This document shows positions 9,545 through 18,915 of a DNA stretch of 64,000 bases, in pieces (position 1 is the stretch's first letter; each line of letters starts with the position of its first letter). The notes beneath the pieces are model-generated. The model saw nothing but the letters and a program-made list of their open reading frames with translations, was not told the origin of the DNA and did not search any database. The stretch lies in assembly GCA_965228895.1 (NCBI GenBank), contig OZ245842.1, forward strand, positions 3,680,001 to 3,744,000, in the 5' to 3' direction. A program made the position numbers and the translations under genes. This stretch comes from Alphaproteobacteria bacterium. GTDB taxonomy: Bacteria; Pseudomonadota; Alphaproteobacteria; SP197.

Positions 9545-10060
9545 TTAGCGCCGGCTAACCAGCTTGGCATCCAGCATAAGCCCGGTGGCCCCGCGCTTCT
9601 TCTGGGTCACGATGACTTGGCCTTCGCTGACCGGCCCCAGATTCTTCTCGCCCTGTGGCAGAAGCGCGATCGCCACATTGCCCTGCCACACGATCAGCGC
9701 GAGCTTTTCGCGCCATGCGGCCTGTGCCCATCGCTTAATCTCGGAATAGTAGGGTTCCTGACGCCAGGCATGTTTCCGTGTGGAATCGACGCGAACCGCG
9801 TAGTGTTTGAGATTGCCGTCCTTGGTCAAAATCATCTTTGAACGCGACGGTTTCCAGTGCTCGCCGACCGACGGATCGAGCAGGTAATGACAGTTGAACG
9901 TCCGGCATTCGCCAGGGCGTTCTTCATAGATGCGGCAACCCGCGCTGGCATCGCAATGCTTGCACCATTGCCACGGCGCCTTGTCGATCTCTTGCACACC
10001 CATGATCTTGCAGCACATCGTGCAGCCATCACAGTTGCGTCCTGCGACATAAGCGACCAT
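9545..10060 (-). CDS. YkgJ-like cysteine-cluster (Zn/Fe-chelating) protein
   Basis: CDGCTMCC, CKHC, GCRIYEERPGECRTFNC. Confidence 0.75.
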   Translation of the reverse strand: MVAYVAGRNCDGCTMCCKIMGVQEIDKAPWQWCKHCDASAGCRIYEERPGECRTFNCHYLLDPSVGEHWKPSRSKMILTKDGNLKHYAVRVDSTRKHAWRQEPYYSEIKRWAQAAWREKLALIVWQGNVAIALLPQGEKNLGPVSEGQVIVTQKKRGATGLMLDAKLVSRR

Positions 10061-10144
10061 TCAGATCTCCCAAGCGCGCGCCGACAGATTAGCGCAGGAC
10101 TTGCTGTAGCAGGACGACGTTCGATGCACCAGCGTTTGCCGGTC

Positions 10145-12214
10145 TCAAGCTTCAATCAGATGCCGCTCACGCCGGAACGGCACACCGTCGGGATCGGGAT
10201 GGGTATCCAGTTCCTGGGCGAAGCGGTGACCCATGTAGACGGCGGTGACGATGGGCCCTGCGCCATAACAGTCGCCGATGCGCCGGATTGACGTGATGCC
10301 AGCGGCGGATATGTCGTCGCCTCTTACCGCCAGATCCTGCCACAGGCCATCGCGAGGCAGTCGCGCCGTCACCATGACAACGCCCGCGCATTCAAGTGTC
10401 ACCTCCCGACGGTTCAGGTCGTCGCTCAAGGCCACCGTGGTTTCGTTGACCGCCTCCAACGTATGACGCGTCAGCATGGTGACGCCGCGCTCGGCCATGC
10501 GCGCCTCAATCGGCTCCTGCTCCAGGGTGTGCTCGGTCCATTGGGCAACCTGCGATGACGGCGTCGCGACGATGACGTCGCGGCCCTCGTCGCGCAGCAG
10601 GTCCGACAGGACGCTCGCCATGTAGTAGCCGTCGTCGTCATAGATCAGCACCGGCCCGTCGGGCGGCCGCTTACCGTCCATCAGATCGTCCGGCGACAGC
10701 ACGTGCGCCTGGTCGGAACCCGGCACCGCTTCGCGAATGGTGTAGCCGACGCCATCGCGCCGCCATGAAGCGCCCGTTGCCAGCGCCACATGCTGGGCGC
10801 CCAGCTCCAGCACCTCGGCCGCGTTCATGGTGCTGGCGGGAAAGACGTCGACATTCGTCATCTGCTGGATCTGGCCGATCCGGTAGTCGCGCACGCGCGC
10901 CCAGGCGGCCAGTCCGGGCAGCCGGCTCTCCCGGCTGACCCGCCCGCCGAGTTCGTCGGCGGCCTCGGCCAGCGTCACGTGATAGCCGCGCCGGCCGGCC
11001 GCGCGCGCGGCTTCCAGGCCCGCCGGTCCGGCGCCGACGATCAACACGCGGTCCTCGCTCTCGTTCGACCGGATGACTTCGGGGTGCCATCCTTTGCGCC
11101 ATTCCTCGCCAAAGGTCGGATTCTGGGTGCAGCGCGACGGCGCGGAGACGTTGTTCCAGGCAACGCAGATATTGCAGCCGATGCATTCGCGGATGTCCTC
11201 GGGCCGGCCCTCCTCGATCTTCTTGGGCAGGAAGGGATCGGCAATCGACGGCCGCGCCGCGCCGATCAGGTCGACGATGCCGCGCTTGATCGCCGAGACC
11301 ATCGCGTCGGGCGAGGTGTAACGCCCGACCGTCGACACAGGCTTGGTGGTCATCTGTTTGACGAAGGCGACATAGTCCTCCTGATAACCCTCCGGTGCGA
11401 AACGCGAGGTCTTGGAGTCATTCGCCCAGTCGCTGACATTGACATCCCAGAGATCAGGCAGCTCGGCGAGCATCTCGACGGCCTCGCGGCCCTCGTTCTG
11501 CCACTCCAGCCCCTCCGGCCCCATCATCTCGTCGACAGCGAAGCGCACGATGACGCCCATGGTGTCGCCGACCGCGTCCTTGGTTTCCTCGATCAGCTCG
11601 CGAAACAGGCGCAGCCGGTTTTCCAGGCTGCCGCCGTATTCGTCAGTGCGATGGTTATGCCGGCGCGCCAAAAAATGCGTCGGCATGGTGCCGTCATGCC
11701 CGGAATAGACGACGACCACGTCAAAGCCGATGTTGCGCGCCCGCTCGGCTGCCTTGCGGTGCCAGCGGCGATAGGCGCGGATATCGTCCTTGTCCATGGC
11801 GCGCGCCTGGATTGGGTGGCGCATCCACGAGACCGGCCGGTGATCCGGCCCGATCGGCACCTCACGGCTATACAAATTTCCGGTGTCCTGGCCGTTATGG
11901 ACCAGCTCAATGCCGGCAAGGCTGCCGTGCTTGTGCACGGCCTCGACCATGCGGCCCAGATAGGTTTCGTCGCCGGCGTCCCACATGTTGGTCTCGGTGT
12001 ACGCCTGGGCATCGCCGGTGACGTGAAAGTCGCACTGTTCTGTCGTGACGATGCCCCAGCCGCCCTCGGCTTTCGTGCCGCGCATGCCGATCATGGCGTT
12101 GGGGAACATGCGCCCCATGCCGTTGCAATGGGGCACCTGATAGAACCGATTGGGTGCGGTCACCGGGCCGATCTGCAGGGGCTCGAACAGAATGTCGTAA
12201 CGTGGGTCGCGCAT
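10145..12214 (-). CDS. Trimethylamine/histamine dehydrogenase family iron-sulfur flavoprotein
   Basis: FYQVPHCNG (6-S-cysteinyl-FMN Cys), YSGH, CIGCNIC...C 4Fe-4S motif, GAGPAGLE. Confidence 0.9.
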   Translation of the reverse strand: MRDPRYDILFEPLQIGPVTAPNRFYQVPHCNGMGRMFPNAMIGMRGTKAEGGWGIVTTEQCDFHVTGDAQAYTETNMWDAGDETYLGRMVEAVHKHGSLAGIELVHNGQDTGNLYSREVPIGPDHRPVSWMRHPIQARAMDKDDIRAYRRWHRKAAERARNIGFDVVVVYSGHDGTMPTHFLARRHNHRTDEYGGSLENRLRLFRELIEETKDAVGDTMGVIVRFAVDEMMGPEGLEWQNEGREAVEMLAELPDLWDVNVSDWANDSKTSRFAPEGYQEDYVAFVKQMTTKPVSTVGRYTSPDAMVSAIKRGIVDLIGAARPSIADPFLPKKIEEGRPEDIRECIGCNICVAWNNVSAPSRCTQNPTFGEEWRKGWHPEVIRSNESEDRVLIVGAGPAGLEAARAAGRRGYHVTLAEAADELGGRVSRESRLPGLAAWARVRDYRIGQIQQMTNVDVFPASTMNAAEVLELGAQHVALATGASWRRDGVGYTIREAVPGSDQAHVLSPDDLMDGKRPPDGPVLIYDDDGYYMASVLSDLLRDEGRDVIVATPSSQVAQWTEHTLEQEPIEARMAERGVTMLTRHTLEAVNETTVALSDDLNRREVTLECAGVVMVTARLPRDGLWQDLAVRGDDISAAGITSIRRIGDCYGAGPIVTAVYMGHRFAQELDTHPDPDGVPFRRERHLIEA

Positions 12215-12301
12215 GATGAGGGAACTCTACGGTGTCAGGTAAGGGATGCCGACCATAGCGCCCCGGACCGTCCAGAGAAACGCTGATTCCCTACCTTCCC
12301 G

Positions 12302-12763
12302 TCAAAGCGGCAGCGCCGTCGTGTTCTTCACCTCCGACACGACGATGCTCGATTCGATCTCGCGCACGCCCGGCATATGGGCCAAATGATCGCGCAAAAA
12401 ACGGTCGAAGTCGTCGAGCGTGCGGACGACGACGCGCAGACGGTAGTCGATCTCGCCCAGCAGCATGTGGCACTCCATGACCTCCGGCAGGTCGTGGATC
12501 GCAGCCTCGAAGGCCGCCGTTGCCTTGAGACCGTCCTCAGACAGCTTGATGCGCACGAAGACCTCGACGCCGAATCCAAGCGCCTCGCGGTCGACGATGG
12601 CGACCCGCCGACGGATAATGCCGGCCTCCTCCATACGGCGTATCCGCCGCCAGCACGGTGACTGCGACACCCCCACCTTCTCGGCCAATTCGGCCGAGGA
12701 CAGGCTTGCATCGTGCTGCAAAAGGCCAAGCAGCTTCACGTCGACGCCATCAAGATCAGGCAT
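12302..12763 (-). CDS. Lrp/AsnC family regulator
   Basis: ELAEKVGVSQSPCWRRIRRME HTH, PEVMECHMLLGEIDY. Confidence 0.93.
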   Translation of the reverse strand: MPDLDGVDVKLLGLLQHDASLSSAELAEKVGVSQSPCWRRIRRMEEAGIIRRRVAIVDREALGFGVEVFVRIKLSEDGLKATAAFEAAIHDLPEVMECHMLLGEIDYRLRVVVRTLDDFDRFLRDHLAHMPGVREIESSIVVSEVKNTTALPL

Positions 12764-12897
12764 TCATCATCCCCGAAATGATCATACTGTGCATTAATTA
12801 TGCAAACTAGAAACCAAAATCGTCAAAATTAGACCAGCATTTGCACCGGCACCTTTCTAGCCTATGCGTCCGTTCAGCCTCGATGCGGGAGTGACCG

Positions 12898-13593
12898 ATG
12901 GCAAAGCCCGACTGGTTCTACGACGACATGCGACAGGTCGGCGTCGACTTCGAGGACGATGACCAAGTGGCGAGTTATGACGAGCGCCAACAGGCGACCG
13001 CCGCGGACGACAACCGCCTGCTCGACAAACTGGGGCTCGGCCCCGATCAGGTCTTTGTCGACATCGGTTGCGGCACCGGCATCCTGTTGGTCGAGGCAGC
13101 CAGGCGTTGCCACCATGCCCACGGCGCCGATGTGTCCACGCGCATGCTGGAACATGCGAAGAAACGCGCCGCCGCCGAAGGGCTCGACACCGTCACCTTC
13201 CATCACGCGGGTTTTCTCAGCGTCGACCTAGACAACGCCAGCGTCGACCTCATCACGTCGAAATTCGCATTGCATCACCTGCCCGACTTCTGGAAGGGCA
13301 TGGCGCTCGAACGTCTCTACCGTGCACTCAAACCCGGCGGCCGCTTGTTCTTGCGCGACGTCGTGTTCTCCGCGACACCCGCCGAGTTCCCGACCGTCGC
13401 CGATGCGTGGACAGCCTGGATGCAGGCCAACACCGGTTACGCCGCCGGCGAGATCGCGGGTCACATCCGCGACGAACACAGCACCTATGCCTGGATCATG
13501 GAGGGCCTGATCCGCGCGGCCGGATTCCGGCTGGTCGAGGCCGCCTATTCCGAACGCGCCTACGGTGACTTCGTTGCGATCAAGGATCCTTAA
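12898..13593 (+). CDS. Class I SAM-dependent methyltransferase
   Basis: VDIGCGTG, ALHHLPD, LKPGGRL. Confidence 0.88.
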   Translation: MAKPDWFYDDMRQVGVDFEDDDQVASYDERQQATAADDNRLLDKLGLGPDQVFVDIGCGTGILLVEAARRCHHAHGADVSTRMLEHAKKRAAAEGLDTVTFHHAGFLSVDLDNASVDLITSKFALHHLPDFWKGMALERLYRALKPGGRLFLRDVVFSATPAEFPTVADAWTAWMQANTGYAAGEIAGHIRDEHSTYAWIMEGLIRAAGFRLVEAAYSERAYGDFVAIKDP

Positions 13594-13625
13594 TCGACTT
13601 GTTCACTGATGAACGCTGGAACAGC

Positions 13626-14867
13626 CTAATCAAAAACATTGCCGTGATGGTAGCGCTCGTCTTCGCCGGCCGCCTTTGTCAGGTCGGCGACATTTGACTT
13701 GGTGAAGAAACCCTCAAAACCGAAACAGCGCTCGACATACTCGGTGATCAAAATCGAGTAGGCCGAGTGTTTGGAGAAGATCTGTTTCAGGTTCGGTTCG
13801 TCCTTGCACTCGCCGACCACGTGCGCCAGGAATGCGATGCCGTCATCCTTCAGCGTATCGACCACGAAGTCGACGTTCTTCTCGCCGGATGCATGGTCGC
13901 CATCCAGCACCTCATAGGCGATGTGATGCATACGCTTGCCGAAGTTCCGCACGAAGTTTTCCGTCGGCATCGGCAGGTTTTCGAACGAGTTGACGAAGGA
14001 CGGCGTGTTGTTGGCGGTGAACACCTTGGCCGGTGATTGTTTGTCGTCGTCGACATTGGCGTTGCGGTTGACGTTGGTCGATGAGTTCTGGTCGGCGATG
14101 TTGTAGGCGCCCCAGAAATAGTAGTTCGACATGGTCAGGAACTCGAGGATGGCGTCCTCGCGCTCGCCCGCCAGGATGCGCGTCGCCATATGGTCGACAC
14201 CCAGGATCAGACTATCCGTTCCCCGGCTCGCCGCCTTCGCTTCTGCAGCTTCCAATCGTTCGATCTCGTTGCCGCGCAACAGAATGCGCTGGCCGATATC
14301 CGGTGATTCCATCTCGTAGGTGCCGGCCGGCGTGTAACCGATCCGATTACCGGTGATCGACGAGGGGAAAGTGAAATAGAAATGCTCGTTGGAGAAAAAC
14401 TTGTTCTCCGTTTCGTCGGGGTAATGAAAACGGATGTTATGGGACTCAAGAACGTCGCGCGTCGCGTTCAGATCCTGCGTTGTAAAGATTTCTCCGACAT
14501 AGCGCGCGTTCGGCTTCTTGCGCGCCAAGGGATAGAGATTGTTCAGCCGTGTCAGGTCGTCTTCGAAATCAGCGTTCAGCGGCTCCAGCACGATGAAGCG
14601 CGGAAACTCGGGCTTGGACTCCATGAAGTAGATCTTGTGGGTGTCGCTGACGAAAGCGTCCTTCAACCGGTACGGCGTCATCACATAAAGCTCTTCCATG
14701 TAAGCGAGAGCATCGCCGGTCTCGACCTGGACAACCAGCGCGCAGATGCTGCCTAACAGATCCTCTACGCCGCTCGCCTTGCGCCGCTCGAAGATCTTCA
14801 GCCGGTACTCGTTGAAGAAATCAGAGCTTTTCTTGTCGCCAAGCGGTTCATAGGTCATCAGGTCCAT
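13626..14867 (-). CDS. VOC superfamily, HPPD-like metal-dependent protein
   Basis: GVDHMA, MHHIAY, LKQIFS, TEYVER, FEGFF..NV motifs mirror the HPPD His/His/Glu site. Confidence 0.65.
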   Translation of the reverse strand: MDLMTYEPLGDKKSSDFFNEYRLKIFERRKASGVEDLLGSICALVVQVETGDALAYMEELYVMTPYRLKDAFVSDTHKIYFMESKPEFPRFIVLEPLNADFEDDLTRLNNLYPLARKKPNARYVGEIFTTQDLNATRDVLESHNIRFHYPDETENKFFSNEHFYFTFPSSITGNRIGYTPAGTYEMESPDIGQRILLRGNEIERLEAAEAKAASRGTDSLILGVDHMATRILAGEREDAILEFLTMSNYYFWGAYNIADQNSSTNVNRNANVDDDKQSPAKVFTANNTPSFVNSFENLPMPTENFVRNFGKRMHHIAYEVLDGDHASGEKNVDFVVDTLKDDGIAFLAHVVGECKDEPNLKQIFSKHSAYSILITEYVERCFGFEGFFTKSNVADLTKAAGEDERYHHGNVFD

Positions 14868-15050
14868 GCTGCACTCCCTCGCTGCGTCACCGCCTGTGTG
14901 ACGGCCCTCCGCCCTTCGCTATCGCGCCATTGTCGTCACCTGCCGGAACGATGCAACCGCCGACTGTTCGCTTGCGAGGCAGTCTCAACAATGGAACAAC
15001 GCGTACCCGCCATGGGAGATACTGATGACCAGACAGAAAGACGCCCATTC

Positions 15051-16190
15051 ATGAGCGCCCTCTTCGAGCCGATCAGCTTTCGCGGCGTCTCCATCAAGAA
15101 CCGTATCGCCGTCTCACCCATGAGCCAGTATCGCGCCAAGGATGGTCACGCCAACGCTTGGCACCTCGTCCATCTCGGCCGGTTCGCACTGGGCGGCGCC
15201 GGTCTCACGTTTGTCGAAGCGACCGCCGTTGAGGCGCGCGGCCGGCGCACGCCCGGCGATCTTGGCCTGTGGTCCGACGATCATATCGAGTCTCTTCTAC
15301 CGGTTACCGAGTTCCTGGCCGCCGAAGGCTCGGTGCCCGGCATCCAGCTCGGCCATGCCGGGCGCAAGGCATCCGAACGGCGTCCATGGCATGGCGAAAC
15401 ACCGGTGACCGACGAAGACGTGACGCTGCGCGGCGAGGCGTCGTGGCCAGCTATCGCGCCGTCACCGCTGCCCTATGACGAAGACTGGCCGGAACCGGCG
15501 GCAATGAGCGACGACGATATTGCCGATATCATCGCCGCGTTCGGCGATGCCGCCCGGCGCGCGGCCGACGCGGGCTTCCGCGTGCTCGACGTCTATGCCG
15601 GCCACGGTTTTCTGATTCACCAGTTCTTGTCGCCGCTCGCCAACACACGCACCGACCGCTGGGGCGGCGACGGCGCCGGGCGCCGCCGCCTGGCCGTCGA
15701 AGTCGCGCGCAGCATCCGCCGTCAGTGGCCCGACGATCTGCCGCTCCTGTTTCGGCTGTCGGCGACTGACTGGATTGACGGCGGCATCGAGCCCGACGAC
15801 ACGGTCGAGACAGCCCGCGCGCTCGCCACCGAAGGCGTCGACATGATCGACTGCACGACGGGCGGTATCGGCGGGCGCAAACGTCCGGCCCGCATGGCGA
15901 TCAGCCAGGGTTTCCAGATCCCCTTTGCCGAGCGTATCCGGTCCGAAGCCGGCATCGCCACCATGGGAGTCGGCTTCCTGTGGGATGCCGAGGTCTGCAA
16001 CGCCGCCGTCGCCGATGGCAAGGTCGACATGATCGCGCTCGCCCGCGAACTGCTCGACGATCCCAACTGGCCTCTGCACGCCGCCGCCCAACTGGGCGAC
16101 GACGAAGGCCACGCCCTGTGGCCGCCGGAATCCGGCTGGTGGCTCAACCGGCGTGACCGGCTGGTCAAAAAGCTCGGCTTGCGCGATTAG
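15051..16190 (+). CDS. NADH:flavin oxidoreductase, old yellow enzyme family (YqjM/XenA-like)
   Basis: KNRIAVSPM, EATAVE, GIQLGHAGRKAS, FLSPLANTRTD, RLSATDW, ARELLDDP. Confidence 0.9.
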   Translation: MSALFEPISFRGVSIKNRIAVSPMSQYRAKDGHANAWHLVHLGRFALGGAGLTFVEATAVEARGRRTPGDLGLWSDDHIESLLPVTEFLAAEGSVPGIQLGHAGRKASERRPWHGETPVTDEDVTLRGEASWPAIAPSPLPYDEDWPEPAAMSDDDIADIIAAFGDAARRAADAGFRVLDVYAGHGFLIHQFLSPLANTRTDRWGGDGAGRRRLAVEVARSIRRQWPDDLPLLFRLSATDWIDGGIEPDDTVETARALATEGVDMIDCTTGGIGGRKRPARMAISQGFQIPFAERIRSEAGIATMGVGFLWDAEVCNAAVADGKVDMIALARELLDDPNWPLHAAAQLGDDEGHALWPPESGWWLNRRDRLVKKLGLRD

Positions 16191-18915
16191 CGCCCACGCA
16201 CTTCTCCTGGGCCGCAATTCGGTCACAGTGAGCGACACATCGTGCGCCGGGCAACGGCGGATAGCTGGGTTCTCTGAATGGGTGAATATCCGCGACAGCC
16301 AAGGCCGTCTCGCGAACTCCGAAGTCAACGTCTGCGCCCTCGGCATCGACCTGGACAACACAATGGATCACGAGGCGGTGCTGCTCGCGCGCGAGCCATA
16401 GCTGGGTCGAGGCCGTGAAGGCCCGCATAGTCGACGGCCTGATCGTTGGCAGCGCCACCGCCCAGCACATGGATCCGGATGGTGTAACAACGTCAGTCGA
16501 GATTACCCTTACTAGCGCAGTGACTTAGCTGACAGGCGCGACCAGGCATTAGCGATATCGCCCGAAGTGCTGTGGAGTGGTTATCTGTCTGCGTCTGTGA
16601 GCTATGGCAAGATGGTAGTCCAGGGAATGCTAGACAATGCGGTCCACATTGAGTTGCCCACTGTCGTTTGGATAGCCCCTGACAACACCATGGTCTTGAT
16701 TCTCGAAAATGTGTTGGGGTCAGTCTTGGCGAGCTTTTCAAGTGTCGCATTCAGTTCGCTTTCCTGCTCAGCCGTGGCTCGGCCGTCAGCCTTCAATGCT
16801 ACAAGTTCTCCAAAAACTTGAACCAACTTCTCTGATTCTATGGATACGTCCTGGCGCAAACCCCTCAAAAGAGCAAACCACCTTTCGTCGGAAGAGTGAG
16901 CGGTATCCAATGCTCGCGTGAGCAGTAAGATAAGATCTGCGTAGGTCCTCTGTGCAATTTCGTCCGCGTGCTCGATTCTTTGCGCGAGGGCTGCGCTCTT
17001 TTCCTTCTCTGCCTCTATCAGTCTCCTGTTGAATTCCTCCAATTGTCCGATTTCTCGGTCATGAAAACGTCTCTCCGCTTCGATAACCCTTTGTTCATTT
17101 CTCAGCATGAGCGCAGCTTCGTCGAGCTTGTTCTGCAAACGAACTACAAGTATGTCGTTTTCGAAAGCTGCCTCGGCCGTGCTATTCCCAGATAAGACGT
17201 CAGCATACTTCGACAGCAGTTTGTAAACCCCATCCACGTGCTGCGCACGAACTTGGATTTCCATTGCAATACCACTATCGGTTCTTCTAATAGTTGCAGT
17301 AGAGCCGAGGCCAGATATCGAGTTGTCCAGGATGTCCTTGAAAAAGGAAAGAAGTGCAGTCGCAGCATTTGCAGCCGGTCGATCTACGTTGCAACTAACC
17401 GTCACGGTCTCGTTGCGCGGGACTATCGATTTCCAATGTATACCCTTTAGGTCTTCGACTAGGTCGAGCCTTTCCCAAGGAAACCCATCGACCTCGTGTG
17501 CATTGCGGCCAAAGGCACCATAAACGTTTGAAAACTTGTAAATCGGTCGCTGCAGTTGAAATCTTTCGCGAATGGCCCTTGGCCGCAAGTCAACGATCTC
17601 GGCAACTTGCGCCTCTAGCTCTGTCTCCGATATCTCCGACGTTCCAAAGGTTTGTATGTAAATGGCAACCGGACTAGAAACACCCAGCTCGTATTGGATT
17701 TGCACCTGGCAGCGCTTAGCAATTCGTGCGGCGACAATATTCTTTGCGATGTACCGCGCCATATAGGAGCCAGACCGGTCAAGCTTCGTCGGATCGAGGC
17801 CAGAATGAGCCTTACTTGGATAGGGAATTGCGCCTCCATAGGTGTCTGCGCTCACGAGGCGCCCCGACTGCCCCACGTCTCCGTCAGGGCCGCCAATTAC
17901 GAAACGTCCAGACGGATTTATGTAGAGACGATCGGTGGCACACATCCAGGAATTGGGTACAGCTTCCAGAATATGCGGCATCACGACGTCAGCAACATCG
18001 TCAACATACGCGTCCATGCTGTGTTGAGTTGAAACAGTGATCGTCGTGCATCCAGTTGGGAGACCGTCTTCATAGGCCATCGTAACCTGACAGTACGCAT
18101 CTGGCCCCAAGATGGTTTCTTCATCGGCATGACGTGCCTTGCTGAGAAGCCGCAAGATCTTGTTCGCCAAACAAATTGGCGCAGGCATTAAGTCCTCGGT
18201 TTCCTCTGTGGCGTATCCGTAGACGGTGATATTGTCGCCCGCACCTTCATCCATACTTGCGGTGTCAACACCCATTGCAATGTCTAGGGATTGGGAGTCG
18301 ATCAGAGTAGCCAAGTCCAGCGTCTTCCAACTGAATCCTTCTTGATCGAAACCGATCTGGCGAACTGTCTGGCGAACAATGCGATCAAACTCGGCAGTGT
18401 AGTCGAATTGCTCCGCACACCGAATCATGCCGGCCATGATCATGTAGTTCGTAGTAGTCAGTATCTCTATAGAAGAGCGACTAAATGGATCGCGCTGCAA
18501 AAGTTCGTCAAGGACCGCATCAGCAACAATGTCTGACAACTTGTGAGGATGGCCCTCGGAGACTCCGAAGGCGGTTTCCAGGCGGGGCCGACCTTCGCCT
18601 ATCGAACCATACGAGGACAAAGGAATCAAAGAGTTGCTTTGCATATGCGCACTCCATCGCCTGGTCATGTGTAGTAGCTGACAAAGGTAGCCTGGGCCTA
18701 GGGTTTCTTACGTTCACGAGTCGAGCCAATATCCTAGTTGTTGAGGCTTCTGGCCGGTAAGATCGCGCATCCCAAGCTGGGATCATTGATCTCCATTCCC
18801 GTCGAGTATTGTGTTATCGACGAAGTTGGCCATCAATTGAAAGATCATCCACGCAGCACGTCCGGTGTGTCCTACGTCGAGGATAAAGCGTGCCATGACT
18901 CTTACCTTACGCCGT
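16191..18915. mobile_element. Small lower-GC genomic islet bounded by a duplicated OYE 3' end; no mobility gene
   Basis: GC drops to roughly 50% by eye at 16500-18900; the flanks are the intact OYE 3' end and a degenerate copy of it. Confidence 0.65.
16602..18668 (-). CDS. Degenerate methionine adenosyltransferase (MetK-like) domain fused to a helical/coiled-coil C-terminal region, 688 aa
   Basis: VSEGHPHK, EGAGDN, LMPAPI, STQH, INPSGRFVIGGPDGD, DTYGG, DPTKLDRSGSY, FPWERLD over about 380 aa, then about 280 aa of heptad-rich helix. Confidence 0.9.
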   Translation of the reverse strand: MTRRWSAHMQSNSLIPLSSYGSIGEGRPRLETAFGVSEGHPHKLSDIVADAVLDELLQRDPFSRSSIEILTTTNYMIMAGMIRCAEQFDYTAEFDRIVRQTVRQIGFDQEGFSWKTLDLATLIDSQSLDIAMGVDTASMDEGAGDNITVYGYATEETEDLMPAPICLANKILRLLSKARHADEETILGPDAYCQVTMAYEDGLPTGCTTITVSTQHSMDAYVDDVADVVMPHILEAVPNSWMCATDRLYINPSGRFVIGGPDGDVGQSGRLVSADTYGGAIPYPSKAHSGLDPTKLDRSGSYMARYIAKNIVAARIAKRCQVQIQYELGVSSPVAIYIQTFGTSEISETELEAQVAEIVDLRPRAIRERFQLQRPIYKFSNVYGAFGRNAHEVDGFPWERLDLVEDLKGIHWKSIVPRNETVTVSCNVDRPAANAATALLSFFKDILDNSISGLGSTATIRRTDSGIAMEIQVRAQHVDGVYKLLSKYADVLSGNSTAEAAFENDILVVRLQNKLDEAALMLRNEQRVIEAERRFHDREIGQLEEFNRRLIEAEKEKSAALAQRIEHADEIAQRTYADLILLLTRALDTAHSSDERWFALLRGLRQDVSIESEKLVQVFGELVALKADGRATAEQESELNATLEKLAKTDPNTFSRIKTMVLSGAIQTTVGNSMWTALSSIPWTTILP

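Noticed and set aside
16602-18668. Calling this the housekeeping metK
   Set aside because: Multiple invariant catalytic residues are replaced, there is a 280-aa extension, the GC is atypical and the context is an islet
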